A stretch of DNA of 32,000 nucleotides from Cylindrospermopsis raciborskii Cr2010 (GTDB lineage: Bacteria; Cyanobacteriota; Cyanobacteriia; Cyanobacteriales; Nostocaceae), in contig NZ_CP065936.1 in NCBI RefSeq assembly GCF_003367075.2, positions 3,030,001 through 3,062,000 on the forward strand. The letters run 5' to 3'. Every line of letters begins with the position of its first letter. Position 1 is the stretch's first letter. The notes below the pieces were generated by a model that was not told the origin of the DNA, searched no databases, and saw only the letters and a program-made list of their open reading frames with translations. A program made the translations under genes and the position numbers. This document shows positions 15,068 through 25,250 of this stretch, piece after piece.

Positions 15068-16999
15068 ATGAGTTTGATTACACTACAATTAGTTAAAAAA
15101 GACTTTGGTATTAAAGAGATATTAAAAGAAGCGACCTTTAGTATAGATGGGACTGACAAAGTAGGTTTGATTGGTACTAATGGTTCTGGTAAATCCACAT
15201 TATTAAAGATGATAGCGGGAATAGAGCCAGTAGATGGGGGGCAAATTCTGACTAATTCTGGTGCAAAGATTATCTATCTACCACAACAGCCAGATATGGA
15301 TGAAAATTTGACAGTTTTAGAACAGATATTTATGGATAGTGGTGAACATACAAAATTGGTAAAGGAGTATGAAGAACTTTCAGATAAATTAGCCCATTAT
15401 CCGGAAGATACATTATTAATGTCCAGGTTGTCAGAAGTAATGCAGCGCATGGATGCTACTGGGGCCTGGGAATTAGAAACCAACGCTAAAATTATTCTCA
15501 CAAAATTGGGGATTGGCGACTTTGAGGTGAAAGTTGGGACCTTATCAGGGGGTTATAGAAAACGTATAGCTTTAGCCACAGCACTATTAGCTCAACCAGA
15601 TGTTTTACTCATGGATGAACCAACAAACCATCTGGATGCTTTATCTGTAGAATGGCTACAAAGTTATTTAAACCGGTTTCGAGGAGCTTTGCTGCTGATT
15701 ACTCATGATCGGTATTTTTTGGATAAAGTAACTAATAGAATTATAGAAATTGATAGGGGTGATATTTATACATACTCCGGTAATTATTCCTATTATTTAG
15801 AAAAGAAAGCATTAGCAGAAGAATCTGCTGTAAGCAGTCAACGTAAACATCAAGGGATATTACGAAGGGAACTGGAATGGTTGAAAAGGGGACCTAAAGC
15901 TAGAAGTACTAAGCAAAAAGCCCGAATTCAACGCGTGGAGTCTATGAGAGAAACTCAATTCAAACAAGCTCAAGGTAAAGTTGACATTTCTACCATTGGT
16001 CGGCGGATTGGCAAAAAAGTGATTGAATTGAGTAATATTTACAAATCCTATGACGGAAAAATCCTAATTAATAACTTTAGTTATGAATTTAGTCCGGAAG
16101 ATAGAATTGGCATTATTGGTGGCAATGGTACTGGTAAATCTACCTTGATGAACATGATAACTGGAAGAACTTCACCAGATGCTGGTAGGGTGGAAGTTGG
16201 AAGTACCATTCATATTGCTTACTTTGACCAACATTCGGAAGAGTTAATATCAGCAGTTAATGATAATCAGCGGGTAATTGATTATATCAAAGAAGAGGGA
16301 GAATTTATCAAGATTGCTGATGGGACAAAAATTACAGCTTCTCAAATGTTAGAGAGATTTTTATTTCCTGGGAGCCAACAATATGCGCCTATTCATAAAC
16401 TTTCTGGAGGAGAAAAACGGCGTTTATTTTTATTAAGATTATTAATTAGTGCTCCCAATGTGCTAATTTTAGATGAGCCAACTAATGATTTAGATGTGCA
16501 AACCTTATCGGTTTTAGAAGAATATCTGGAAGACTTTGTGGGATCTGTCATCGTAGTTTCCCATGATCGATATTTTTTAGATCGAACAGTGGATACTATC
16601 TTTGCTCTAGAAGAGGGTGGTAACTTACGTCAATACCCAGGCAATTATTCAGTCTATTTAGATTACAAAAAATCTGAGGAGTTAACCCAACAAGAAACAA
16701 TTAATGGCAAGGATAATCGCAAATCCAAAAACCTCACTCAACCAAAACCTGGTGATCAAGAAGTACAGAATAAAAAACGTCGCCGATTATCCAATTGGGA
16801 AAAACGGGAATTTGAGCAATTGGAAGCTAAAATCGCCGATTTGGAAGCACAAAGAACTCTAGTGGAAACATCATTACTTGCTGTTACATCAGAAAATTAT
16901 ACCCAAGTACAAAACCTCTATGAACAAATGGAAGCGCTTAAACAAGCTATAGATGTTGCCACTGAGCGATGGCTAGAGTTGGCGGAAATGGATGTTTAG
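15068..16999 (+). CDS. ABC-F family ATPase (Uup/YheS-like; two ABC domains and a C-terminal coiled coil)
   Basis: Two Walker A motifs (GTNGSGKST, GGNGTGKST), two signature motifs (LSGGYRKR, LSGGEKRR) and two Walker B motifs (LLMDEPTNHLD, LILDEPTNDLD). There are no TM domains. The C-terminal tail is basic and coiled-coil. Confidence 0.92.
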   Translation: MSLITLQLVKKDFGIKEILKEATFSIDGTDKVGLIGTNGSGKSTLLKMIAGIEPVDGGQILTNSGAKIIYLPQQPDMDENLTVLEQIFMDSGEHTKLVKEYEELSDKLAHYPEDTLLMSRLSEVMQRMDATGAWELETNAKIILTKLGIGDFEVKVGTLSGGYRKRIALATALLAQPDVLLMDEPTNHLDALSVEWLQSYLNRFRGALLLITHDRYFLDKVTNRIIEIDRGDIYTYSGNYSYYLEKKALAEESAVSSQRKHQGILRRELEWLKRGPKARSTKQKARIQRVESMRETQFKQAQGKVDISTIGRRIGKKVIELSNIYKSYDGKILINNFSYEFSPEDRIGIIGGNGTGKSTLMNMITGRTSPDAGRVEVGSTIHIAYFDQHSEELISAVNDNQRVIDYIKEEGEFIKIADGTKITASQMLERFLFPGSQQYAPIHKLSGGEKRRLFLLRLLISAPNVLILDEPTNDLDVQTLSVLEEYLEDFVGSVIVVSHDRYFLDRTVDTIFALEEGGNLRQYPGNYSVYLDYKKSEELTQQETINGKDNRKSKNLTQPKPGDQEVQNKKRRRLSNWEKREFEQLEAKIADLEAQRTLVETSLLAVTSENYTQVQNLYEQMEALKQAIDVATERWLELAEMDV

Positions 17000-17017
17000 G
17001 TAGGTATTTTAATAGGC

Positions 17018-17200
17018 TTAATAATTTATGTCCCCTTCATCTTGCTCTATACTCGTTACCCAAGGAATACCGTTATTTACTGGTGAACTAATACTAATTC
17101 TGGCTTTGTTAGCAAAGCGCCTTAATTTGTCTCCTAAATAGGGAACTCTAGTCATGATGTTTTGGTAACTTTCAATATCGTGACAGATAATCATTAACAT
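17018..17200 (-). CDS. Hypothetical small ORF (60 aa)
   Basis: It lies between genes with a GGTGG 8 nt upstream of the ATG. No homology recognised, so it could be spurious. Confidence 0.3.
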   Translation of the reverse strand: MLMIICHDIESYQNIMTRVPYLGDKLRRFANKARISISSPVNNGIPWVTSIEQDEGDINY

Positions 17201-17399
17201 TAAAATACCACCATTAACTTTGAAGTACCAATGACAACTGGATAGTAAAAGGCGTACTTTATTTTCACATATTTTTTTTATAAACTGCTATACAAAACTT
17301 AATAAAGTTACTGATTGGATCTGATTAAACATTATAAATAATAATTTTCATTTAAGATTATTAGCTAACACCAGCAATAATAGAATTACTTGTAAGCTT

Positions 17400-17864
17400 A
17401 TGCCTAGTGGAATAATTATAAAGGTAAGTAGTTGGTTCCATCGTGACAGAATTGTTCGCAATTTGGAAATTTTTCAGGATATTATTGTTATTTCTCTTTG
17501 TCTTGGGTTATTTTGTGTCATGTTACTAAGGTTAGGGGATATGTTTATTTCCTTTATTCGTCCCCTTGATTTACGGGAAGTAACATCTGATATTCTGTTT
17601 ATTTTAATACTTGTAGAGTTATTTCGACTTTTAGTTGACTATCTGCAAGAACATAATATATCTGTAGGTGCAGCGGTAGAAATTACTATTGTTTCAGCTT
17701 TAAGAGAAATCATTTTGCGTGGAGTGTTGGAAATTCCTAAAGATCAAATTTTTGCTATCTCCATATTCTTATTGATATTATCAAGTGTTTTTATTGCCAT
17801 CCCCTGGATATCTAAAATATTAGGGCACGGCTACTCTAGACCAGATCACCATCAAGAAGGTTAA
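17400..17864 (+). CDS. PsiE-family (phosphate-starvation-inducible) membrane protein
   Basis: The 154-aa product has four hydrophobic segments. The central block ILFILILVELFRLLVDYLQEHNISVGAAVEITIVSALREIILRG parallels the E. coli PsiE core as I remember it. Confidence 0.5.
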   Translation: MPSGIIIKVSSWFHRDRIVRNLEIFQDIIVISLCLGLFCVMLLRLGDMFISFIRPLDLREVTSDILFILILVELFRLLVDYLQEHNISVGAAVEITIVSALREIILRGVLEIPKDQIFAISIFLLILSSVFIAIPWISKILGHGYSRPDHHQEG

Positions 17865-17967
17865 TATCAGCTATTTTGGGATTTGTAAACATCCTTGGGG
17901 AGGATGTAACTAAAAACCAAGTAGGTTAAATTTATTTGGGATGTTGTTATGCACTGGATTTATATTC

Positions 17968-18000
17968 GGGTTTGGTTAACGGCCAAACCCTTTCTATTTT
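17968..18000 (+). terminator. Rho-independent terminator after the PsiE-like gene
   Basis: An 8-bp stem GGGTTTGG / CCAAACCC with a 7-nt loop, followed by TTTCTATTTT. Confidence 0.65.
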
Positions 18001-18161
18001 ATAGCCTTATATTTCCACTAATATGGATATAACCGTACTGTTTCACATATTTCCTTAAACTTCAGTAAACCAAACCTTGTTTTGCAACATAGTTAGCCAG
18101 AACGCTTAGGAGATTTTTGATCAGTAAAAGTTAGGCTAGGTAGACGTTCTGGCCGACCTTT

Positions 18162-18350
18162 CTAATGGTTAGTCTTGAGGTTTTCTATCTTGAGGTTTTG
18201 TAAATGTTGCAGCAGAGAGTCAATTTCCGTCTGCAGACCAATAAATTTTTCTTGCTGTTCGTCCTGGTAGTAAGCCTTAGTTAGCTTTTTTACTAGCTCA
18301 CTGTGAGACTCGCAGGTCGCAACACTGGAAGATAAGGTTGACATTGACAT
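18162..18350 (-). CDS. Hypothetical small coiled-coil ORF (62 aa)
   Basis: Isolated ORF with a heptad-like C-terminal half. No homology recognised. Confidence 0.35.
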   Translation of the reverse strand: MSMSTLSSSVATCESHSELVKKLTKAYYQDEQQEKFIGLQTEIDSLLQHLQNLKIENLKTNH

Positions 18351-18583
18351 AGTTGTTATCTTTTTTCCTGAACTAAACTCACACCACTAAACATATTATA
18401 ATAAAGTAATCTTAATCTTTATTAAAACATTATATACTTCTGATTAGATATTCTTATCAGTCAGGTCTTTTGCAATCGACCGATCGTACCTTCTAGGCTA
18501 TGTGGTCCCTCACATGGTAAAGTGATTAAGACTATTAATTAATCCTCCCATTCCCAATTTCTAGTTAAGAAGTTTAGAATACT

Positions 18584-19675
18584 GTGACTTTGAGCTTGTC
18601 TGTTGCTAAATCTCATCGCCAACCTTGGCCAGGTCTAATAGAAGCCTACCGCGACTACTTACCTGTAAGTGCAAACACTCCAGTGGTAACCCTGCTGGAG
18701 GGTAATACACCCTTAATTCCTACACCAGCGATCGCACAGCGCATTGGTAAACAGGTTAAGGTATTTGTTAAATATGATGGTCTCAACCCCACTGGTAGTT
18801 TTAAAGATCGGGGAATGACTATGGCTATCACCAAAGCCAAGGAAGCAGGTGCTAAGGCAGTAATTTGTGCTAGTACAGGAAACACCTCTGCTGCTGCGGC
18901 TGCCTATGCCCAAAGGGGGGGAATGCGTCCCTTTGTACTGATTCCCGATGGTTATGTGGCTTTGGGCAAGTTAGCACAGGCCCTACTGTATGGTGCCCAG
19001 GTGTTAGCTATTCAGGGCAATTTTGATAAAGCTCTGGAAATTGTGCGGGAAATGGCAGATCATTACCCCATCACCTTGGTAAATTCCGTCAATCCCTACC
19101 GCCTGGAAGGTCAGAAAACGGGAGCTTTTGAGATAGTTGATGCTTTGGGTAATGCTCCTGATTGGCTATGTATTCCCGTGGGAAATGCTGGTAACATCAC
19201 AGCATATTGGATGGGTTTTTGTCAATATCACCAAGCAGGAAAATGCGATCGCCTCCCCCAAATGATGGGTTTTCAAGCAGAGGGAGCAGCACCTTTGGTT
19301 CAGGGTCATCCGGTGGCAAATCCGGACACCATAGCGACGGCGATTAGGATTGGCAATCCAGCGAGTTGGGAAAAAGCGGTGGTGGCTCAAACTGCTAGTC
19401 AGGGTAGTTTTAATGCTGTCACAGATGGGGAAATTTTGGATGCTTATCGTTTGTTAGCTTCTTCGGAGGGGATTTTCTGTGAACCTGCTAGTGCAGCTTC
19501 GGTAGCTGGGTTACTCAAGGTCAAGGATCAAGTGCCCACCGGTGCCACAGTGGTTTGTGTCCTCACAGGGAATGGTCTCAAAGACCCAGATACAGCTATT
19601 AAACATAGTCATGCCCAGTTTAAACAAGGTATACCAGCTAATTTAAATGCTGTGGCCCAAGCTATGGGTTTTTAA
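18584..19675 (+). CDS. thrC: Threonine synthase
   Basis: 363-aa product with the PLP-lysine motif [10 protein letters not shown] and the [14 protein letters not shown] and GNAGN motifs. It has a GTG start. Confidence 0.9.
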   Translation: MTLSLSVAKSHRQPWPGLIEAYRDYLPVSANTPVVTLLEGNTPLIPTPAIAQRIGKQVKVFVKYDGLNPTGSFKDRGMTMAITKAKEAGAKAVICASTGNTSAAAAAYAQRGGMRPFVLIPDGYVALGKLAQALLYGAQVLAIQGNFDKALEIVREMADHYPITLVNSVNPYRLEGQKTGAFEIVDALGNAPDWLCIPVGNAGNITAYWMGFCQYHQAGKCDRLPQMMGFQAEGAAPLVQGHPVANPDTIATAIRIGNPASWEKAVVAQTASQGSFNAVTDGEILDAYRLLASSEGIFCEPASAASVAGLLKVKDQVPTGATVVCVLTGNGLKDPDTAIKHSHAQFKQGIPANLNAVAQAMGF

Positions 19676-19709
19676 TCTATCCTCTCTGTTAATTAGGGGG
19701 CCTAAAAGC

Positions 19710-20171
19710 CTAAATAAATGTTGGCGTTTCCACCTTGGCTTTCCACTCGGTTAAACTATCAATGGCATCCCCCAATGCTGTAGTTAGATTAATTCGGGTT
19801 TTTTGATGGTTCTCTTGTTCTAACTTTAATGCTCGTACCAAGCGATCGCGTTCTTGTGTAATGTTCACGAGTTGATTTTTTAAATCCTCCATGGACATAA
19901 ACGCATTGATTTGCGGATCTATTTGGGTGGTTTCTCCTTCCTGGGAGTAAGTGCTTACATGTTGAAACAATTCAAATTCAGCTTTTAAAGCAGTAATTTG
20001 TTGTTGATACATAATTGCATCAGCGCGGCGTTGTTGGGACTCAGTATTATAGAGCTGTCGCCATTTTTCACAAGTTTCCCAGGCTTGATCATGTTCTTTT
20101 TGCAGTTGTAACATTTGCTGTTGAAGGTTTTGAATTTCTGATAACCATTTTTGTGTTAAATCTTGGTTCAT
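19710..20171 (-). CDS. Hypothetical coiled-coil protein
   Basis: I trimmed this to the ATG at 20171 ([19 protein letters not shown]...). The 209-aa version would overlap the ndk start on the other strand. The sequence is strongly heptad and Gln/Glu-rich. Confidence 0.55.
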   Translation of the reverse strand: MNQDLTQKWLSEIQNLQQQMLQLQKEHDQAWETCEKWRQLYNTESQQRRADAIMYQQQITALKAEFELFQHVSTYSQEGETTQIDPQINAFMSMEDLKNQLVNITQERDRLVRALKLEQENHQKTRINLTTALGDAIDSLTEWKAKVETPTFI

Positions 20172-20238
20172 ATTTCTTCCTGGAACTACTAGACAAAAGT
20201 GGTACATACCATTAACAATAATCACAGATGACTTTTTT

Positions 20239-20706
20239 ATGCCTTTGGAGACAGCTTTGGAACGCACTTTTATTGCCATTAAGCCTGATGGAGTCCAACG
20301 GGGACTTGCGGGAGAAATTATCCGTCGCTTTGAAACCAAGGGTTTTACCCTAGTGGGTTTAAAGTTTATGAAGGTCAGTAAGGAACTGGCTGAACAGCAT
20401 TATGATGTTCATAAGGAAAGACCTTTTTTTGCCAGCTTGGTTGAGTTTATCACTTCTGGTCCTGTAGTGGCTATGGTTTGGCAAGGTCAAGGTGTGGTCG
20501 CATCTGCTAGAAAAATTATCGGTGCTACTAACCCCCTAACCTCAGAACCAGGCACAATTCGCGGTGATTTTGGGATTAACATTGGTCGCAACCTGATCCA
20601 CGGATCTGATGCGATTGAAACTGCGCAACGAGAAATTTCACTATGGTTTAAGGAAGAGGAGTTGGTCAACTGGACACCTCATCTAGCTCCTTGGTTAGCA
20701 GAATAG
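20239..20706 (+). CDS. ndk: Nucleoside diphosphate kinase
   Basis: It contains [11 protein letters not shown], the NxxHGSD active-site region (NLIHGSD) and GTIRGDF. Confidence 0.95.
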   Translation: MPLETALERTFIAIKPDGVQRGLAGEIIRRFETKGFTLVGLKFMKVSKELAEQHYDVHKERPFFASLVEFITSGPVVAMVWQGQGVVASARKIIGATNPLTSEPGTIRGDFGINIGRNLIHGSDAIETAQREISLWFKEEELVNWTPHLAPWLAE

Positions 20707-20751
20707 ATTAGGGAGGAATGGGAAAATAGATTTCCTATTCTTCCTGTTCCA

Positions 20752-21489
20752 TTAAACCTGGGTTTTTTCCGTTTCCTCTATTTGTTCTGTTTGTTCTATT
20801 TCAACCTCACCAACAATATTCCGCTTAGAGAAACCCCAAACCAAAATTATAGCGATCGCACCGACCATTAACCATTGGGGAGGAACAAAGGCTTCGTTTA
20901 GGACTTTTAATAATAGACGTAAACCTACTAATGCTACAGTGATATAACCTGCATCTGCTAGGTTTTCATATTCGCCTAACCAGCGAATAAATAGCTCCGC
21001 CATAAATCTTAGTGTAATTACTCCAATAGTTGTACCTATTAAAACTAACCATGTTTCTTGGGAAACCGCTATGGCTGTAGTCACACTATCTAAAGAAAAA
21101 GCCAGGTCAGTAAAAGCAATTACAGGTATAGCTTGCCACAAAGATTTAAATCTTGGCCCATGGTGGTGATGATCTGATTTTTCCTGAGATGTAAAATGTT
21201 GGAATACCAACCATAACAGATAGAGAGCGCCCAACAATTCAAATTGCCAGAATTGTTGCACCCAGGTAGCTGTCAGTAGTAGACTGATTCTCAGGATGTA
21301 AGCTATAATCAGGCCCACATTTAGAGCCCGACGTTCTAGGGTTTTATCTTCCAGTCCCTGGGCAATTACAGCTAAAGCAATAGCATTGTCTGCAGACAAC
21401 ACAGCTTCCAGGAAAACCAGAACTGTTAGCACTATGGGTGCTTCTATACTAATATTAAACTGTAGGTACTGTGATATTTGGTCTAGCAT
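20752..21489 (-). CDS. TerC-family integral membrane protein
   Basis: The 245-aa polytopic product has the paired motifs LSADNAIALA and FSLDSVTTAIA, which are typical of the TerC family. Confidence 0.8.
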   Translation of the reverse strand: MLDQISQYLQFNISIEAPIVLTVLVFLEAVLSADNAIALAVIAQGLEDKTLERRALNVGLIIAYILRISLLLTATWVQQFWQFELLGALYLLWLVFQHFTSQEKSDHHHHGPRFKSLWQAIPVIAFTDLAFSLDSVTTAIAVSQETWLVLIGTTIGVITLRFMAELFIRWLGEYENLADAGYITVALVGLRLLLKVLNEAFVPPQWLMVGAIAIILVWGFSKRNIVGEVEIEQTEQIEETEKTQV

Positions 21490-21632
21490 TGCAATTTTCA
21501 GTCAGGAGGGATCTAAAATAGCAGCAACTGTGGAATATAGAAAATTTGTCGGTGTTTAGCCGTTTTTTCCAAAGTTATCAACGAGTGTACCATGATTTTA
21601 ACTAATTTGGGAACTAACGCTTGAAAGCTTAC

Positions 21633-22082
21633 TTAGTAAGTTGACTGATAAATGGGGAGAACGTCAACAATTAATCTACTGGCTAAATCAATTAAATCCA
21701 GATTACACAAATCTAGGTAATTACTTAAAATATCCTTCAGTACAGATACTTTTTCCTCCCCTGAATCAACCCCCAAATATGCTGTTAAATCTACTGCTAA
21801 TTCAAAAAGTGGCCTATCCCGCAAACTATGCCTAATTTTCACCGCGATTTTATCGTTACTTACCAAAAATTCCTTGATCTGATCCAACAACACATTTTCT
21901 TGTGCTACCTCTTCATTTTCACCCCACTTCTCTAACCAGTCCCCCTCCACATCTTCTACGTAAAGATGTACATAATTTACTCCATACTCTAACCACTCTT
22001 GCTGCATTCTGCGGGCCGCTGTTAAAATCTCAGCCAATTCATCCACTTGAGTAATGCTGTTCATTTCTTTTTGATTAAGCAT
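21633..22082 (-). CDS. Hypothetical acidic protein (149 aa)
   Basis: Asp/Glu-rich soluble ORF, 63 nt downstream of the 230-aa ORF on the same strand. No motif recognised. Confidence 0.5.
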   Translation of the reverse strand: MLNQKEMNSITQVDELAEILTAARRMQQEWLEYGVNYVHLYVEDVEGDWLEKWGENEEVAQENVLLDQIKEFLVSNDKIAVKIRHSLRDRPLFELAVDLTAYLGVDSGEEKVSVLKDILSNYLDLCNLDLIDLASRLIVDVLPIYQSTY

Positions 22083-22145
22083 AAATGCTGTTGTGAGCTG
22101 GTAACATTTTAGACAATTTGGGTAACGGACATCAAAAATCTATCA

Positions 22146-22838
22146 TCAGGAAAACTTTAAGTATTTACCCTCAGAAAGATGATCACTGTTATACAGCACC
22201 ACATTTACTGACTGACGAATAAAGTCATTGTTAGCAGGATCATAGCTTAGAAACAATCCTCTTTCTATTTCCCAAATTTGCAAGGCGTGTTGCCACTTGT
22301 CGTATTTTTTCGCATGTAACTCTTTACTGACGCTGGTAATTTGGATACAAAGTGGTTTATGTTGGTGATTACTCACTATTAGGTCTGTAGCCATGGAAAG
22401 ATCAGCAATATAGCGTTGCCAAACCTGACCCTCCCGACGTTCTATCTCTTGGGCCATTAGTCTAATAATATCATTATCCAACTGATTAAATTCCCCCCCC
22501 ATAATTTTTTTCTTCCAAATGTAAAATTTGGTATCGCTTGAGTTAATCCACCTAGGGAACAAATAACCATACCAATACCTTTCATTGGCGGTCATCTGCT
22601 CAAATTTTGCCTTTTTGGCCCCTGGGTCTGATGTTGATTGAATTACTAGCCAGATTCTTGAGTCTGTAATTACTTCCAGGAGAAATGCCAGCACATAGGG
22701 TTTGGCTGTTAGGGAACCGGGACGAATACATTTTACCCAACGATTGACCTCATCTAGTCTTTTGGCTAATTGGGGATCTATCGTCATGGCTATCTGACTT
22801 AATGACTTTAGTTGCTCCTTAATATCTTTTGCTTGCAA
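22146..22838 (-). CDS. Hypothetical protein (230 aa, Trp/Tyr-rich)
   Basis: A long ORF with no TM segment and no known motif. The listed start is a TTG (22838); the first ATG is at 22787 (MTIDPQ...). Confidence 0.55.
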   Translation of the reverse strand: MQAKDIKEQLKSLSQIAMTIDPQLAKRLDEVNRWVKCIRPGSLTAKPYVLAFLLEVITDSRIWLVIQSTSDPGAKKAKFEQMTANERYWYGYLFPRWINSSDTKFYIWKKKIMGGEFNQLDNDIIRLMAQEIERREGQVWQRYIADLSMATDLIVSNHQHKPLCIQITSVSKELHAKKYDKWQHALQIWEIERGLFLSYDPANNDFIRQSVNVVLYNSDHLSEGKYLKFS

Positions 22839-22856
22839 ACTAGGCCCTACTTTTGA

Positions 22857-22870
22857 GTAATTAACTCTAC
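22857..22870 (+). promoter_or_regulatory. Candidate NtcA box (GTA-N8-TAC) with a class-II spaced -10 on the plus strand
   Basis: The sequence GTAATTAACTCTAC is a perfect GTA-N8-TAC. CATAAT/TAATAT (22892-22899) starts 22-23 nt after the box, the same spacing as at glnA. The predicted TSS is near 22905, about 237 nt upstream of the acs ATG. No comparable -10 exists for the minus strand. Confidence 0.45.
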
Positions 22871-23141
22871 TAAACTGTTCTCAATCCACCTCATAATATC
22901 TGGATATATGGTTCATATTGTTCTTTTGTATTTCCGTTTCCTTCTTGTTAAAGTTTGGTTTAAAAAATTTCCATCTTGACCCAAGTATACTACACTTTAG
23001 CCATTCCGCCGTCTCTTAATAATTATTTACACTCTACTGAATGACTTGGCCTACCAATGCAATACTAAGTTTTTTAACAATCAATACTATTTGGCGAGAC
23101 TTTGTTATATATAGGTCTTGGTAATACCTTGAGAAGCAATT

Positions 23142-25112
23142 ATGTCTCAAATAACTATAGAATCAATCTTACAAGAAAAACGTCTCTTCCATCCCACCAG
23201 TAATTTTTCTCAACAGGCTAATATTAAAAGCGTAGAAGAGTATCAACGTCTCTATGATACGGCTAAGGCAAATCCTGAAGAGTTTTGGGCAGGTTTGGCA
23301 CAAAAAGAGTTACATTGGTTCACTAAATGGGATGCTGTCTTAGATTGGCAACCCCCCTTTGCCAAATGGTTTGTTAATGGCAAGATTAATATATCTTACA
23401 ACTGTCTTGACCGTCACCTGACAACTTGGCGCAAAAACAAAGCAGCTCTTATTTGGGAAGGTGAACCAGGAGATAGTCGTACCCTCACATACGCCCAACT
23501 TCATCGGGAAGTTTGTCAGTTTGCTAATGTCCTCAAACAATTGGGAGTTCAAAAGGGTGATCGGGTAGGTATTTATATGCCTATGATACCAGAGGCAGCT
23601 ATTGCTATGTTAGCTTGTGCCAGAATTGGTGCACCTCATAGTGTTGTGTTTGGTGGTTTTAGTGCTGAGGCATTGCGCGATCGCCTGAATGATGCACAAG
23701 CTAAGGTGGTAGTCACAGCTGATGGAGGTTGGCGGAAGGACACAATTGTAGCTCTCAAGGAACAAGTAGATCTAGCTTTGAGCAATAATTATGTTCCTAG
23801 TGTGACAGATGTGTTAGTGGTCAAGCGCACAGAACAGGAAACCCAAATGGAACCGGGACGGGACCACTGGTGGCATGATTTACAAAAAAATGCCTCCGCT
23901 GACTGTCCAGCTGAACCCATGGATAGTGAGGATATGTTATTTGTTCTCTACACATCTGGTAGTACGGGGAAACCTAAAGGAGTAGTTCATACTACAGGTG
24001 GCTATAACCTATATAGTCATATTACCACCAAGTGGATTTTTGACCTCCAGGACACAGATGTCTATTGGTGTACAGCTGATGTGGGTTGGATTACCGGTCA
24101 TAGTTATATAGTATATGGACCATTATCCAATGGTGCAACTACAGTTATGTATGAAGGTGCACCTAGATCTTCTAATCCTGGTTGTTTTTGGGATGTGATT
24201 GAAAAATATGGAGTGACTATTTTCTATACTGCTCCCACAGCCATCCGAGCATTTATTAAAATGGGAGAACATCATCCAAAAGCCAGAAATCTTTCATCCC
24301 TGAGATTATTGGGTACTGTGGGAGAACCCATCAATCCCGAAGCCTGGATGTGGTATTACAGGGTGATTGGTGGTGAACGCTGTCCCATTGTGGACACCTG
24401 GTGGCAAACGGAAACTGGTGGTATTATGATTACACCCCTACCCGGAGCCATACCAACCAAACCCGGATCTGCAACCCGTCCTTTCCCAGGTATTATAGCC
24501 GACATTGTAGATCTGGAAGGTAATTCCCTCCCCGATAACCAAGGTGGTTATTTGGCAGTGCGTTATCCCTGGCCAGGAATGATGCGAACCGTTTATGGTG
24601 ATCCAGATCGATTCCGTCGTACCTATTGGGAACACATACCCCCAAAAGAGGGCAACTACACTTATTTTGCCGGTGATGGTGCTAGAAAAGATGAAGATGG
24701 CTATTTCTGGGTCATGGGACGGGTGGACGACGTACTTAATGTCTCTGGACACCGTTTAGGGACTATGGAAGTTGAGTCTGCTCTGGTTTCCCATCCTGCT
24801 GTTGCTGAAGCTGCTGTGGTTGGTAAACCTGATCAATTAAAAGGTGAAGAAGTTGTGGCTTTTGTCACCCTAGAAGGAACTTACAAAGGGAGTGAAGAAT
24901 TAAGCAAAGAATTAAAACAACACGTGGTTAAAGAAATAGGAGCGATCGCCCGTCCTGGTGAAATTAGATTTACCGATGCTTTACCAAAAACCAGATCGGG
25001 TAAAATCATGCGTCGTTTGCTCAGGAGTTTAGCAGCAGGTCAAGAGGTATCCGGTGACACATCTACTTTGGAGGATCGCAGCGTGTTGGATAAATTGCGG
25101 GAAGGAAATTAG
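23142..25112 (+). CDS. acs: Acetyl-CoA synthetase (AMP-forming)
   Basis: 656-aa product with the AMP-binding signature [20 protein letters not shown], and the C-terminal acylation-site region [11 protein letters not shown]. Confidence 0.96.
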   Translation: MSQITIESILQEKRLFHPTSNFSQQANIKSVEEYQRLYDTAKANPEEFWAGLAQKELHWFTKWDAVLDWQPPFAKWFVNGKINISYNCLDRHLTTWRKNKAALIWEGEPGDSRTLTYAQLHREVCQFANVLKQLGVQKGDRVGIYMPMIPEAAIAMLACARIGAPHSVVFGGFSAEALRDRLNDAQAKVVVTADGGWRKDTIVALKEQVDLALSNNYVPSVTDVLVVKRTEQETQMEPGRDHWWHDLQKNASADCPAEPMDSEDMLFVLYTSGSTGKPKGVVHTTGGYNLYSHITTKWIFDLQDTDVYWCTADVGWITGHSYIVYGPLSNGATTVMYEGAPRSSNPGCFWDVIEKYGVTIFYTAPTAIRAFIKMGEHHPKARNLSSLRLLGTVGEPINPEAWMWYYRVIGGERCPIVDTWWQTETGGIMITPLPGAIPTKPGSATRPFPGIIADIVDLEGNSLPDNQGGYLAVRYPWPGMMRTVYGDPDRFRRTYWEHIPPKEGNYTYFAGDGARKDEDGYFWVMGRVDDVLNVSGHRLGTMEVESALVSHPAVAEAAVVGKPDQLKGEEVVAFVTLEGTYKGSEELSKELKQHVVKEIGAIARPGEIRFTDALPKTRSGKIMRRLLRSLAAGQEVSGDTSTLEDRSVLDKLREGN

Positions 25113-25250
25113 GAAGCAGGAGGCATTTTCCCATAGATATGGCATGGATGGCTGGAAATTATAAATCAAAATAGTGCCTAGATTCCTAAAGATTGTGCTA
25201 ACTATAGATTAGGAATTTCCTGCTCAATATTTATAGAGTCATATTCTATC

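Noticed and set aside
19710-20339. The 209-aa version of the minus-strand ORF, which overlaps the ndk start
   Set aside because: The N-terminal 56 codons run antisense through the ndk 5' end and the ndk promoter region, and they have odd composition ([15 protein letters not shown]...). The ATG at 20171 gives a coherent coiled-coil protein, so I trimmed the ORF rather than reporting an overlapping gene pair.
21490-21632. yybP-ykoY (Mn2+) riboswitch upstream of the TerC-family gene, as found with TerC/Alx genes in other bacteria
   Set aside because: The minus-strand leader lacks the conserved GGAGAGUAG / UUGACA-type blocks I remember for that riboswitch, and no four-way junction is apparent.
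25182-25216. Inverted repeat ATTCCTAA-N19-TTAGGAAT between acs and the tamB-like gene, as a possible terminator or operator
   Set aside because: It has an AT-rich 8-bp stem with a long loop and no T-run, which is within what AT-rich spacers produce by chance.
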